64,000 bases of DNA from Eledone cirrhosa (GCA_964016885.1 OZ024759.1:35464001-35528000); one strand, 5' to 3'; counted from the first letter of the stretch, positions 1-13,027 are shown. Notes: a model not told the origin generated them from the letters alone. Translations and numbers: made by a program.

Positions 1-9
1 GTATCTTAC

Positions 10-85
10 ATTCTGCCTGACTTTGGACACAAAGGGCAAAGATCAAAGTCAGCAACAACGAAAGAAATATTTTCCTTCCAAACAT
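10..85 (-). CDS. First coding exon (signal peptide) of a secreted or membrane protein continuing off the left edge
   Basis: Reads MFGRKIFLSLLLTLIFALCVQSQAE: basic n-region, hydrophobic core, S-Q-A cleavage-like site. Followed by a phase-1 GTAAGA donor at 9; candidate acceptor CAG at 269-267. Confidence 0.6.
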
Positions 86-594
86 AATTCACCAATTCTT
101 TTCTTTGTCTTAGAATAACAATATTTCAACAACTCTTGTCTGTGTGTCTTCCAACTGAAATATTCTTCGGTTTTCTTACATCTAATCAACTAAATACAGC
201 CGAGAGCCTTTTATAAAGTTTATCTTATATCATACTTTACTTCAGATCAATGCTGGATAGTATTGGCTGTGTGTTTAGGAGATTAACTGTATATATGTGT
301 ATGAGAGAGAGAGTGTGTGTGTATCTGTATATATGTGTATGAGAGAGTGTGTGTGTGAGTGTGTGTATGGTGTGGTGTACATATGTATATATATGTGCAT
401 GTTTGTAAAATTGGTTGTGTATATATATGTATGTGTAGTAGTACTGGCAGCAGTATTAGTAGTGGTGGTACTGGTGGTAGTAGTAGTAGCAGCAGCAACA
501 AACATCTGTGTTGTTGAGAAACAAATCTCCTGTGTTTACAGAAGATACAAAAGTTCAATTATATAAAATACACATTTTAACATTTACTTAACAG

Positions 595-1642
595 TATTGG
601 TGGTGGTATGGTGGTAGTGGTGGTGGTGTGGTGGTAGTGGTGTGGTGGTGTAGTGGTGGTGGTGGTAGTGGTGTGGTGGTAGTGGTGTGGTAGTGGTGTG
701 CTGGTGGTGGTAGTGGTGTGCTGGTGGTGGTAGTGTGGAGGTGGTGGTGGAGGTGGTGGTGGTACTAGTAGTGTGGTAGTGGTAGTAGAGGTGGTGGTGG
801 TGGTGGTACTAGTGTGGTAGTGTGTTGGTGGTAGTAGAGGTGGTGGTGGTGGTGGTACTAGTAGTGTGGTAGTGTGTTGGTGGTGGTAGTAGAGGTGGTG
901 GTGGTACTAGTAGTGTGGTAGTGGTGGTAGTAGAGGTGGTGGTGGTACTAGTAGTGTGGTAGTGTGCTGGTGGTGATAGTAGAGGTGGTGGTGGTGGTAC
1001 TAGTAGTGTGGTAGTGTGCTGGTGGTGGTACTAGTAGTGTGGTAGTGGTGGTAGTAGAGGTGGTGGTGGTACTAGTAGTGTGGTAGTGTGCTGGTGGTGG
1101 TAGTAGAGGTGGTGGTGGTACTAGTAGTGTGGTAGTGTGCTGGTGGTGGTAGTAGAGGTGGTGGTGGTACTAGTAGTGTGGTAGTGTGCTGGTGGTGGTA
1201 GTAGAGGTGGTGGTGGTACTAGTAGTGTGGTAGTGTGCTGGTGGTGGTAGTAGAGGTGGTGGTGGTACTAGTAGTGTGGTAGTGGTGGTAGTAGAGGTGG
1301 TGGTGGTACTAGTAGTGTGGTAGTGTGCTGGTGGTGGTAGTAGAGGTGGTGGTGGTACTAGTAGTGTGGTAGTGTGCTGGTGGTGGTAGTAGAGGTGGTG
1401 GTGGTACTAGTAGTGTGGTAGTGTGCTGGTGGTGGTAGTAGAGGTGGTGGTGGTACTAGTAGTGTGGTAGTGTGCTGGTGGTGGTAGTAGAGGTGGTGGT
1501 GGTACTAGTAGTGTGGTAGTGTGCTGGTGGTGGTAGTAGAGGTGGTGGTGGTACTAGTAGTGTGGTAGTGTGCTGGTGGTGGTAGTAGAGGTGGTGGTGG
1601 TACTAGTAGTGTGGTAGTGTGCTGGTGGTGGTAGTAGAGGTG
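595..1642. repeat. GGT/AGT-rich minisatellite, ~49-bp higher-order unit
   Basis: Tandem gtagtgtggtagtgtgctggtggtggtagtagaggtggtggtggtacta units. Confidence 0.9.
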
Positions 1643-1899
1643 TACAAATAGGGACACTATAGCTAATTATAAATATAATTAAACAGGTGTTAAGTTTCTC
1701 TTCATAGATATCCACACAAAAATAAGTTGTACCTGTAACTCAAAGGACGAGCGTTATCATAGTGTCATGCTGAATCTCCCTGAGAACTAATATAAGGAAG
1801 GTTACATGCATATCTATGGAATACTCAGCCACTTGCATGTTAATTTCATGAGCAGGCTGTTGTGTTGTAACTTGAACAATTGTTGTAACCGACGGAGTG

Positions 1900-1925
1900 C
1901 CACACACATATATATATATATAAAT

Positions 1926-1964
<39 letters not shown>

Positions 1965-2025
1965 CACATATATATATATATATATATATAAATACACATA
2001 TATATATATATATATATATATAAAT

Positions 2026-2056
<31 letters not shown>

Positions 2057-2312
2057 AATACACACACACACATATATATAAATACACATATATATATACA
2101 CACATATATATATATACACACATATATATATATACACACACACATATATATATACATACACACACACATATATACATACACACACATATATATATATACA
2201 GAAATACACACACACATATATATATAGAGAGAAACACACACGTGTAGATAGTTATATACACACACACAATGTAGATACATACAGTTATACACACACAATG
2301 TAGATACATAGT

Positions 2313-2404
<92 letters not shown>
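1900..2404. repeat. Compound (TA)n/(CA)n and (GA)n microsatellites
   Basis: Direct inspection. Confidence 0.95.
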
Positions 2405-2408
<4 letters not shown>

Positions 2409-2514
2409 TGCTTATTACTTTTTGTGAGGACCATGCAACCCTAGCTAGCAATAAAAGTGGCTGTTAAATGAGGATGATGATGAAACTGTTAGACATACAC
2501 ACCTTAATATAATA

Positions 2515-2790
2515 TGGAGGCACATGGTGAAGTGGTAAAGGTGTTGGACTTACGATCGTAATGTCGTTGGTTCAACTCCTGGACTGGGTTGTGTTCCTGA
2601 GGAAAACACTTCATTTCATGTTGCTCCAGTATACTTAGCTGAAAATGAGAAACAGCAGCAATGGCTGGGGGTTTAACTGTGATGGACTAGTGTCCTGTCC
2701 AGGGGGAGTCTTGTACTTCCTACCGCTTCATGCCAACCCGGAAAACACCATCTTGGTGAACCTCCTGGCTTGAGACAGAATTTAGACTTT
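2515..2790 (+). mobile_element. tRNA-derived SINE, family 2
   Basis: A box TGGTGAAGTGG, B box GGTTCAACTCC; body shared with copies near 19485, 25680(-), 36760(-), 39870(-), 56464. Confidence 0.75.
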
Positions 2791-2821
2791 TAGACTTAAT
2801 ATAATAAAGGACATTTAAACA

Positions 2822-3100
2822 CTTCTTCCTGAGAGGGTCTTGGGGCCAGAGTCCTCAAACACTCCTTCCAGCAGGTCCTGTCTGAAGCAACTGACTCCAA
2901 CTGATCTAGCTAGATCCCCAAGCAAGACCAGCCAAGCTCATGAATGTTATCCAACCATCTTGCTCGGGGTTTACCCCTGGGTCTCCTGCCAGTTGGTTTT
3001 GCCCATAAAATCTGTCCAGTGATTCTTTCCTGAGACATTCTAACCACATGTCTATAGTATCAGAGCTGTGATCTCTCAATTCTGTCCAGAAACATTCTAA
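2822..3100 (-). mobile_element. RTE-clade LINE 3' fragment
   Basis: Minus strand encodes IERSQL*YYRHVVRMSQERITGQILWAKPTGRRPRGKPRARWLDNI, typical of the RTE ORF C-terminus; paralogs at 9003 and 33365. Confidence 0.8.
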
Positions 3101-3149
3101 CCCCACACACACCTTAATAAGTAGACAAACTAAAGTATCTGTAGAAATA

Positions 3150-3217
3150 AAATAGTTTATTGAATGAATGTTGAATGTTTTTCACTCCAGCCTGTCACCC
3201 ATCTGTCAAATTGGCTT
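3150..3217 (-). other. TMEM258: TMEM258 terminal non-coding exon (3' UTR) with polyA signal
   Basis: Acceptor ttttatattttcag at 3231-3218; AATAAA at 3161-3156; pairs with the GTAAGT donor at 5065. Confidence 0.65.
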
Positions 3218-3264
3218 CTGAAAATATAAAACAAATCATTATATATACATATCATCATCATCAT

Positions 3265-3931
3265 TAAACCCTTTATCATTTACATTACTCTATATATACT
3301 ATTATATTTTCACAGTAAAGACTTTACCTCACATAATATCTCACATAACATTTACATTACTCTATATATACTAATGTATTTTCACAGTAAAGGTTTTACC
3401 TCACATAATATTTACATTACTCTATATATACTATTATATTTTCACAGTAAAGGCTTTACCTCACATAATATCTCACATAACATTTACATTACTCTATATA
3501 TACTATTATATTTTCACAGTAAAGGCTTTACCTCACATAATATCTCACATAACATTTACATTACTCTATATATACTATTGTATTTTCACAGTAAAAGGCT
3601 TTACCTCACATAATATCAAATCTATGAGATTTTGATATTTATTTTGAGAACAATACCTTAACATCAGTGTGAACAACCTGTTACAACAGAGAGAGGTGAG
3701 AGAATTCTGGCTGGATACGGCCGGTTTAAATGCTAAAGGGTTAAATCAGCTGTATCTGGCCTGGATTTTCTCACTTCTTTCTGCTCAAACTAGCTGCTCA
3801 TACTGATGTTAAGGTATTGTTTTCAAAATAAATAATATCAAAATGTCAGAGATTCGATATTATGTCAGCTAAAGCCTTTGCTGTGAAAATATAATAGTAT
3901 ATATAGAGTAATGTAAATACTAAAGGGTTAA
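3265..3931. mobile_element. piggyBac-type MITE copies with internal 72-bp tandem expansion
   Basis: Ends CCCTTTA.CATTTA ... TAAATGCTAAAGGG followed by TTAA; same family at 6282, 8355, 18340, 21576, 39100. Confidence 0.65.
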
Positions 3932-4123
3932 ATAATTATTTAAACAGGCCGTGCCTTGCGCCAAAAGTAAAAACAATTATATATAAAGTTACACTGGATC
4001 GAGACCTTTGGCTCCATGCAGTTGTACAGAAGACCCGACTACAATTGCATACAAATATACAGTCAGTAGGCACCTCTTAACTCAATGTACACCTCACCAC
4101 CAGATCCTCCCTCTGCCGTTCCA

Positions 4124-4869
4124 TCCACTCTGTAAAGTGGTCGTGTAGGAGACAGTAAAAAGGCTCCCAGTCCACACTGTAAAGTGGTCGTGTAGGAGAC
4201 ACAGTGAAAAGGCTCCCAGTCCACACTGTAAAGTGGTCGTGTAGGAGACACAGTGAAAAGGCTCCCAGTCCACACTGTAAAGTGATCGTGTAGGAGACAC
4301 AGTGAAAAGGCTCCCAGTCCACACTGTAAAGTGATCGTGTAGGAGACACAGTGAAAAGGCTCCCAGTCCACACTGTAAAGTGATCGTGTAGGAGACACAG
4401 TGAAAAGGCTCCCAGTCCACACTGTAAAGTGATCGTGTAGGAGACACAGTGAAAAGGCTCCCAGTCCATACTGTAAAGTGATCGTGTAGGAGACACAGTG
4501 AAAAGGCTCCCAGTCCACACTGTAAAGTGATTGTGTAGGAGACACAGTGAAAAGGCTCCCAGTCTACACTGTAAAGTGGTCGTGTAGGAGACACAGTGAA
4601 AAGGCTCCCAGTCCACACTGTAAAGTGATCGTGTAGGAGACACAGTGAAAAGGCTCCCAGTCCACACTGTAAAGTGATCGTGTAGGAGACACAGTGAAAA
4701 GGCTCCAAGTCCACACTGTAAAGTGATCGTGTAGGAGACACAGTGAAAAGGCTCCCAGTCCACACTGTAAAGTGATCGTGTAGGAGACACAGTGAAAAGG
4801 CTCCCAGTCCACACTGTAAAGTGATCGTGTAGGAGACACAGTGAAAAGGCTCCCAGTCCACACTGTAAA
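4124..4869. repeat. 49-bp minisatellite (~15 copies) derived from a SINE body
   Basis: Unit cactgtaaagtgatcgtgtaggagacacagtgaaaaggctcccagtcca runs into a SINE 3' part ending in (GAT)n at ~5033. Confidence 0.9.
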
Positions 4870-5076
4870 TGTGGTTGGTGTTAGGAAGGGCCTCCAGCTG
4901 TAAAAAAAAAAACCTGCCAGAGACGCTTCCGTGCGAGCGAGACACGGTCTCCCGACCATTCCCACATCAAATGGAACAAAACCGTCTAACCCATGCTAGC
5001 GTGGAAGATGGACGTTAAACGATGATGATGATGACTGAAAGCAGGTAAAAATGTGGATTACTTACCTGTCTATGTG

Positions 5077-5203
5077 TCATACATATATTCCAACCCAGAG
5101 CAACAAGAACAAAACACCAAATCCCATGAAGACGGAGGCAAATAACGATACCAAGAGTTCTTTGTAAATGTCTCGCGAGAATTTTGTCGATGTGACTTCA
5201 TAT
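5077..5203 (-). CDS. TMEM258: TMEM258 coding exon 3 (oligosaccharyltransferase small subunit, OST5/Kuduk family)
   Basis: Encodes [41 protein letters not shown], near-identical to the vertebrate TMEM258 C-terminus as recalled; phase matches exon 2. Confidence 0.97.
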
Positions 5204-5766
5204 CTGGTGCAAGGTTAAGGTCTTAACATGTAGTAAACAATAACATCAAGAAATTACTGTGTATGTGGCAACAATACATTAATGACTGCTGAACATGTAT
5301 AGATGATAGCTTACTGGCCACTACACATGTAGCAATATCAGGTTGAACAACACTCCACATGTAGTGATAGGTTGAACACTACACATGTAGCAATATTAGG
5401 TTGGACAACACTACACGTGTAGTGATAGCTAAATAATACACATGTAGTGGTAGAGTAGGTTAAATACCACACATGAAGCAAAAGTCAGTTAAAGACAACT
5501 ACACATGTAGCAATGACCAATGACCAACTGGTGGACAGAAGAGAGGAGGAGTTTCCCTTGGAGGGTGGTGAGGGAGACATGTTTACAAAACTGTTTAGAC
5601 AAAAACAAAACACTATAAAACAAACAATAATAAAAAAGAAAAAAGAATCAATGAAAGAAAGGGAGTGGGGGAGGAACAGGCATTACACCCACTACATCCC
5701 ACTCCGAGTGGTGCCTCAGTTGTGCCCTGCGGACAAGGCGAAGGCATTACTGTGGAGAATGGCTAG

Positions 5767-6131
5767 TGACATCTGCTGTAACAGCCACCCTACCTTACGG
5801 GGCTGAGTGACGTCTGCTGTAACAGCCACCCTACCTCACGGGGCTGAGTGACATCTGCTGTAACAGCCACCCTACCTCACGGGGCTGAGTGACGTCTGCT
5901 GTAACAGCCACCGTACCTCACGGGGCTGAGTGACGTCTGCTGTAACAGCCACCCTACCTCACGGGGCTGAGTGACGTCTGCTGTAACAGCCACCGTACCT
6001 CACGGGGCTGAGTGACGTCTGCTGTAACAGCCACCGTACCTTACGGGGCTGAGTGACGTCTGCTGTAACAGCCACCGTACCTTACGGGGCTGAGTGACGT
6101 CTGCTGTAACAGCCACCGTACCTTACGGGGC
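5767..6131. repeat. 41-bp minisatellite (~9 copies)
   Basis: Unit gtgacgtctgctgtaacagccaccctacctcacggggctga. Confidence 0.9.
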
Positions 6132-6281
6132 TCTCACTTTTATGATGTTACGTAGGAAATGAGCAGTGTGCGGACCAAGGACACCACAGGGACTAAGTCT
6201 GGACAGAGACTGACCAGTACAAAGAGGAAGTGGTCAGTCAGTAAAAATAAAACAAATTTACAATACATCAACATTTGCATA

Positions 6282-6510
6282 TTAACCTGTTAGCCTTTAC
6301 ATTATTCTATATTTACTATCATATTTTCACGGTAAACATTTTATTTCACATAATTATCTCACACAATATCAAATCTACAAGATTTTGATAGCATTTTTTT
6401 GAGAACAATACCTTAACGAAAGTATGAGCAGCTGGTTGTGGCTGGTTTGAACAGAAAGAGGTGAAAGAATTCTGGCCGGATACGGCTGGTTTAAATGCTA
6501 AAGGACTAAG
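6282..6510. mobile_element. piggyBac-type MITE (diverged)
   Basis: TTAA-CCTGTTAGC ... GCTAAAGGA-CTAA ends; body shared with the 18340 copy. Confidence 0.6.
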
Positions 6511-7133
6511 TAAGAAAAAACAAAAGTTTAAATACCGAAAGTAAGGGAAAGTGGGGAGGGAAGGAGAGGCAGATTCTACACCCCAGTCTAGGGTGGGTAT
6601 ATATATTATTTATCAGCTGTGCTCTACAGACAAAATGGTGAAGGTGTGTGTGACTATGGAGAACAGCCAGACACCTGCTGCATCAGCCACACCACCCCAC
6701 TTCACTGGGCCCCTTCATCAGGTGAAACGAACTCTTCCTGATTATGTGGAGGAAAACAGCAGTTGGTAGACTGAGGAGGACACCAGGAGTCTGGACAGCA
6801 TCTGGCACGAGAAGGAAGTGGTCAGTCTCAGAGATGACCACGACAATTCCATGTGAAACAGATAGGAAGGGAGATAACTTCACCAACATTATATACACAA
6901 CAGCGATCAATGTTATAAGTTATTTAAGCTCAGTCAAGTATATATATATATATATTTAGAGTTTTACTAATTAACCTTTCATGACTGTATTTCTAACGAA
7001 ATACACTCGATTTTAATTAACAAAAAATTTTGAGGGATTTGATATTAAAATTATTTATTATTTCATTACTAAGATACTAACTTAATGTAAGGTTCTTATA
7101 TAGTAATTATGTTGGAAGATTTTAATTTAATTA

Positions 7134-8182
7134 CACCACCACCTCACCATCACCACCAGAATCATCACTACTACGCCACCACATCACTACTATACCAACA
7201 CCATCCACTAATACTACACCACCACCACTAGAATGATTCACTACAACACCACCACCATTACCACAATCACTACTACACCACCACCATCACAACACAATCA
7301 TTACTACTACACCACCACCATCACAACACAATCATCACTACTACACCACCACCATCACAACACAATCATTACTACTACACCACCACCATCACAACACAAT
7401 CATTACTACTACACCACCACCATCACAACGCCACAATCATCACTACTACACCACCACCATCACAACACAATCATTACTACTACACCACCACCATCACAAC
7501 GCCACAATCATCACTACTACACCACCACAACACCACAATCATCACTACTACACCACCACCATCACAACACAATCATCACTACTACACCACCACCATCACA
7601 ACGCCACAATCATCACTACTACACCACCACCACCACCATCACTACTACACCACCACCACCACCATCACAACACCACAATCATCACTACTACACCACCACC
7701 ATCACAACACAATCATTACTACTACACCACAATCATCACTACTACACCACCACCACCATCACAACACCACAATCATCACTACTACACCACCACCATCACA
7801 ACACCACAATCATCACTACTACACCACCACCATCACAACACCACAATCATCACTACTACACCACCACCACCACCATCACTACTACACCACCACCACCACC
7901 ATCACAACACCACAATCATCACTACTACACCACCACCATCATAACACCACAATCATCACTACTACACCACCACCATCACAACACCACAATCATCACTACT
8001 ACACCACCACCACCACCACCATCACTACTACACCACCACCACCACCATCACTACTACACCACCACCACCACCATCACTACTACACCACCACCATCACAAC
8101 ACCACAATCATCACTACTACACCACCACCACCACCATCACTACTACACCACCACCATCACAAAGCCACAATCATCACTACTA
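7134..8182. repeat. Compound CAC/TAC/CAT trinucleotide repeat
   Basis: Direct inspection; source of the 321-aa His/Thr artefact ORF. Confidence 0.9.
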
Positions 8183-8206
8183 TGTACAATTTGTTTAAAA
8201 GGATAC

Positions 8207-8322
8207 ACAAAGAACCAAGCCATGAAGAATATCCCGATCCCCAACAACACAACAGTCAAATGGGGGAAGACAGCAGGGTTGATAGGACTGACAAAACGGT
8301 TCATTGATTCCATCATGGTCTG
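8207..8322 (-). CDS. TMEM258: TMEM258 coding exon 2
   Basis: Encodes [38 protein letters not shown](V); hallmark SP[IV]NPAVFPHL motif; TAG/CAG acceptor. Confidence 0.97.
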
Positions 8323-8354
8323 CTACAAAATAAGAAACAAAGATATAGTGAACT

Positions 8355-8850
8355 TTAACCCTTTAGCATTTAAACTGGTTGTATCCGGTCAGAATTCTCT
8401 CACCTCTTTCTGTTCAAACCGGCTGCTCATAATGATGTTAAGGTATTGTCCTTAAAATAAATATCAAATTCTCATAGATTTGATATTATGTGAGGTAAAG
8501 CCTTTACTGTGAAAATACAATAGTATATATAGAGTAATGTAAATGTTATGTGAGATATTATGTGAGGTAAAGCCTTTACTGTGAAAATACAATAGTATAT
8601 ATAGAGTAATGTAAATGTTATGTGAGATATTATGTGAGGTAAAGCCTTTACTGTGAAAATACAATAGTATATATAGAGTAATGTAAATGTTATGTGAGAT
8701 ATTATGTGAGGTAAAGCCTTTACTGTGAAAATACAATAGTATATATAGAGTAATGTAAATGTTATGTGAGATATTATGTGAGGTAAAGCCTTTACTGTGA
8801 AAATACAATAGTATATATAGAGTAATGTAAATGTTATGTGTGGTAAAGAT
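8355..8850. mobile_element. piggyBac-type MITE with five 72-bp internal tandem units
   Basis: TTAACCCTTTAGCATTTAAAC left end; 72-bp period. Confidence 0.7.
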
Positions 8851-9002
8851 GATATTTCTAACACAATCTAATAAAAGGTTCAATTACAATATTATGTAGG
8901 AAGATTTTAATTTAAATAATTATTTAAACAGGCTGTGCAGGGTTGGATTAACCATTAAACAAGATAAGCACATGTTTAGGGCCTCAGGGGAAGACTGCCA
9001 CC

Positions 9003-11720
9003 CTTCTTCACGCACTTATTCCTGAGAGGATCGTGGGGGCCGAGCCCCGAAACATTCCCTTCCAGAGGGTCCTGTCAGAAGCAACCAACTGGATACCCAA
9101 GTGAGACCAGCCAAGCTCATTGATGTTATCCAACCATCTTAGTCAGGCTCTACCCCTGGGTCTCCTGCCGGTTGGTCTTGCCTGTAAAATCTGTCCAGTG
9201 ATTCTTTCCTGAGACATTCTAACCACATGTCTATAGTATCAGAGCTGTGATCTCTCAATTCTGTCCAGTGATTCTTTCCTGAGACATTCTAACCACATGT
9301 CCATAGTATCAGAGCTGTGATCTCTCAATTCTGTCCAGTGATTCTTTCCTGAGACATTCTAACCACATGTCTATAGTATCAGAGCTGTGATCTCTCAATT
9401 CTGTCCAGTGATTCTTTCCTGAGACATTCTAACCACATGTCTATAGTATCAGAGCTGTGATCTCTCAATTCTGTCCAGTGATTCTTTCCTGAGACATTCT
9501 AACCACATGTCTATAGTATCAGAGCTGTGATCTCTCAATTCTGTCCAGTGATTCTTTCCTGAGACATTCTAACCACATGTCCATAGTATCAGAGCTGTGA
9601 TCTCTCAATTCTGTCCAGTGATTCTTTCCTGAGACATTCTAACCACATGTCTATAGTATCAGAGCTGTGATCTCTCAATTCTGTCCAGTGATTCTTTCCT
9701 GAGACATTCTAACCACATGTCTATAGTATCAGAGCTGTGATCTCTCAATTCTGTCCAGTGATTCTTTCCTGAGACATTCTAACCACATGTCTATAGTATC
9801 AGAGCTGTGATCTCTCAATTCTGTCCAGTGATTCTTTCCTGAGACATTCTAACCACATGTCTATAGTATCAGAGCTGTGATCTCTCAATTCTGTCCAGTG
9901 ATTCTTTCCTGAGACATTCTAACCACATGTCTATAGTATCAGAGCTGTGATCTCTCAATTCTGTCCAGTGATTCTTTCCTGAGACATTCTAACCACATGT
10001 CTATAGTATCAGAGCTGTGATCTCTCAATTCTGTCCAGTGATTCTTTCCTGAGACATTCTAACCACATGTCCATAGTATCAGAGCTGTGATCTCTCAATT
10101 CTGTCCAGTGATTCTTTCCTGAGACATTCTAACCACATGTCTATAGTATCAGAGCTGTGATCTCTCAATTCTGTCCAGTGATTCTTTCCTGAGACATTCT
10201 AACCACATGTCCATAGTATCAGAGCTGTGATCTCTCAATTCTGTCCAGTGATTCTTTCCTGAGACATTCTAACCACATGTCTATAGTATCAGAGCTGTGA
10301 TCTTTCAATTCTGTCCAGTGATTCTTTCCTGAGACATTCTAACCACATGTCTATAGTATCAGAGCTGTGATCTCTCAATTCTGTCCAGTGATTCTTTCCT
10401 GAGACATTCTAACCACATGTCTATAGTATCAGAGCTGTGATCTCTCAATTCTGTCCAGTGATTCTTTCCTGAGACATTCTAACCACATGTCTATAGTATC
10501 AGAGCTGTGATCTCTCAATTCTGTCCAGTGATTCTTTCCTGAGACATTCTAACCACATGTCTATAGTATCAGAGCTGTGATCTCTCAATTCTGTCCAGTG
10601 ATTCTTTCCTGAGACATTCTAACCACATGTCTATAGTATCAGAGCTGTGATCTCTCAATTCTGTCCAGTGATTCTTTCCTGAGACATTCTAACCACATGT
10701 CTATAGTATCAGAGCTGTGATCTCTCAATTCTGTCCAGTGATTCTTTCCTGAGACATTCTAACCACATGTCCATAGTATCAGAGCTGTGATCTCTCAATT
10801 CTGTCCAGTGATTCTTTCCTGAGACATTCTAACCACATGTCTATAGTATCAGAGCTGTGATCTTTCAATTCTGTCCAGTGATTCTTTCCTGAGACATTCT
10901 AACCACATGTCTATAGTATCAGAGCTGTGATCTCTCAATTCTGTCCAGTGATTCTTTCCTGAGACATTCTAACCACATGTCTATAGTATCAGAGCTGTGA
11001 TCTCTCAATTCTGTCCAGTGATTCTTTCCTGAGACATTCTAACCACATGTCTATAGTATCAGAGCTGTGATCTCTCAATTCTGTCCAGTGATTCTTTCCT
11101 GAGACATTCTAACCACATGTCGATAGTATCAGAGCTGTGATCTCTCAATTCTGTCCAGTGATTCTTTCCTGAGACATTCTAACCACATGTCTATAGTATC
11201 AGAGCTGTGATCTCTCAATTCTGTCCAGTGATTCTTTCCTGAGACATTCTAACCACATGTCTATAGTATCAGAGCTGTGATCTTTCAATTCTGTCCAGTG
11301 ATTCTTTCCTGAGACATTCTAACCACATGTCTATAGTATCAGAGCTGTGATCTCTCAATTCTGTCCAGTGATTCTTTCCTGAGACATTCTAACCACATGT
11401 CTATAGTATCAGAGCTGTGATCTCTCAATTCTGTCCAGTGATTCTTTCCTGAGACATTCTAACCACATGTCGATAGTATCAGAGCTGTGATCTCTCAATT
11501 CTGTCCAGTGATTCTTTCCTGAGACATTCTAACCACATGTCTATAGTATCAGAGCTGTGATCTCTCAATTCTGTCCAGTGATTCTTTCCTGAGACATTCT
11601 AACCACATGTCTATAGTATCAGAGCTGTGATCTCTCAATTCAGAGAAGTAACTCTCTGATCTGAGTTATACATTCTATCAATTAATGTTACTCCAAAGAT
11701 CCTTTGAAGGAAACTTTTAA
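9003..11720 (-). mobile_element. RTE LINE 3' fragment interrupted by tandem amplification of its own sequence
   Basis: Homologous to 2822-3100 and 33365-33700; LINE-like sequence resumes at 11641. Confidence 0.75.
9191..11640. repeat. 60-bp minisatellite, ~41 near-identical copies
   Basis: Unit ctgtccagtgattctttcctgagacattctaaccacatgtctatagtatcagagctgtgatctctcaatt... with an exact period equal to the spacing of the recurring motif and only rare single-base variants; unit length should be confirmed computationally (the recurring ctgtccagtg falls at 9191, 9261, 9331, i.e. 70-bp spacing, giving ~35 copies). Confidence 0.9.
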
Positions 11721-12563
11721 GAGCTTAGGGTCTCTAAATGCCCTTATGATAAGTTTTAACTACATTGTTATCATATTTCTGGAAAATAAAGATTAAAGAA
11801 ACAAAACAGACACACTGGAATTTAAATAATTGTACAGCCTAGAAAACAGTTTTTAATCATAGTTCCTTTGGATTAAGACTGACCTGGGGCTAAACAACGA
11901 AGATGGGTACATTGGATAATGTAGTCCTAGATACGCTATGTCTGCATAAAAGACATGATGGTCATAGCTGGAACATCTTTGATCATAGCTGTAAGCTCAC
12001 AGCTGACCTGGGGCTAAACAATAAGGAAATCCCAATACAGATTGATGTATCGATTAGCAAGGTAGTGGTTAAGTAACTACCTATTTCTAGTTTCGAAATC
12101 AGTGATCAATCGGCTGCCTTGTTCAGAAATACTATATATATATAAATAATACACAGACATATACTAGCTAACGTAGACCTAAATATACACTATTTAAATA
12201 AAATACGAGGTGGTCGTGGTTGGAAGATCTTTGAACACGTCTGTCAGCTGGAGCAACAACATTAACAGGAACAATAGTAAAAGAGACGTGGTATGTGATC
12301 TACAACCATTACTATAGTATACAGTAGTTTATCAGAGAAGGAGGGTCTAATGTTGTGCAACGTGTAACTATTAGAAGCCGCCTCGTCTAGGGCACAGACT
12401 CTCCTTTAAAACCAAGGGAAATGTCGCTAATTTAGATTAATTGCAGATCAAGATTCGGGGTTGTTAATTAATGGAGGTTTTGCAGTGCATTTAAATATTT
12501 TCAGTTTAAATTTTAATAAAAATATCGGCAAGAAAATATTTGAAATGAACGAAAAAAACTTAC

Positions 12564-12566
12564 CAT
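12564..12566 (-). CDS. TMEM258: TMEM258 exon 1 (ATG only)
   Basis: cacc-ATG|GTAAGT: good Kozak context and consensus donor; phase 0 joins exon 2 to give an 81-aa protein. Confidence 0.8.
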
Positions 12567-12611
12567 GGTGGAGATAGGAAGTGATTGAAATGGAGGAGAG
12601 AGTACCGGTAG

Positions 12612-12619
12612 TGACGTCA
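12612..12619. promoter_or_regulatory. Palindromic CRE (TGACGTCA)
   Basis: Exact CREB/ATF consensus ~45 bp upstream of the TMEM258 ATG. Confidence 0.55.
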
Positions 12620-13027
12620 TATGATGGTATAGAGAGAGGGGGAGAAGAGGAGATGAGGGGGGAGAAGAGGAGATGTGAAAGATAGAGAGAGGGGGAGAAG
12701 AGAGATGTGAAAGATAGATAAAGATAGACAGAGGAAGGAGAAGAGAGATGTGTGAGATAGACAGAGGGGGAGAAAGGGAGATGTGAAAGATAGATAGAAA
12801 TAGAGAGAGGGAGAGAAAGAGATATGAGATAGATAGATAGATAGAGGAAGAGAAGAGAGATAGGGAGAGAAAGAAAGATATACTGGATATACAGAGAAAA
12901 AGATAGATAAACAGAGAGAAAAGGCGTAAATAGAAACGAGAGAGAAAGATAGATAGTGAGAGAGAGGGTGAGAGAAAGAGATAGATAGACAGCTAGATAG
13001 ATAGAGAGAAAGAGGGTGTTAGAAAGA

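Larger units (their letters stand above)
5204..8206 (-). other. TMEM258: U12-type (minor spliceosome) GT-AG intron of TMEM258
   Basis: Donor GTATCCTTTT; branch site CCTTAAC at 5220-5214, about 11 nt from the CAG acceptor; no polypyrimidine tract. Confidence 0.92.

Noticed and set aside
275-2451. ORFs over (TA)/(CA)/(GA) tracts here and throughout the window
   Set aside because: Dinucleotide repeats lack stop codons; these are artefacts.
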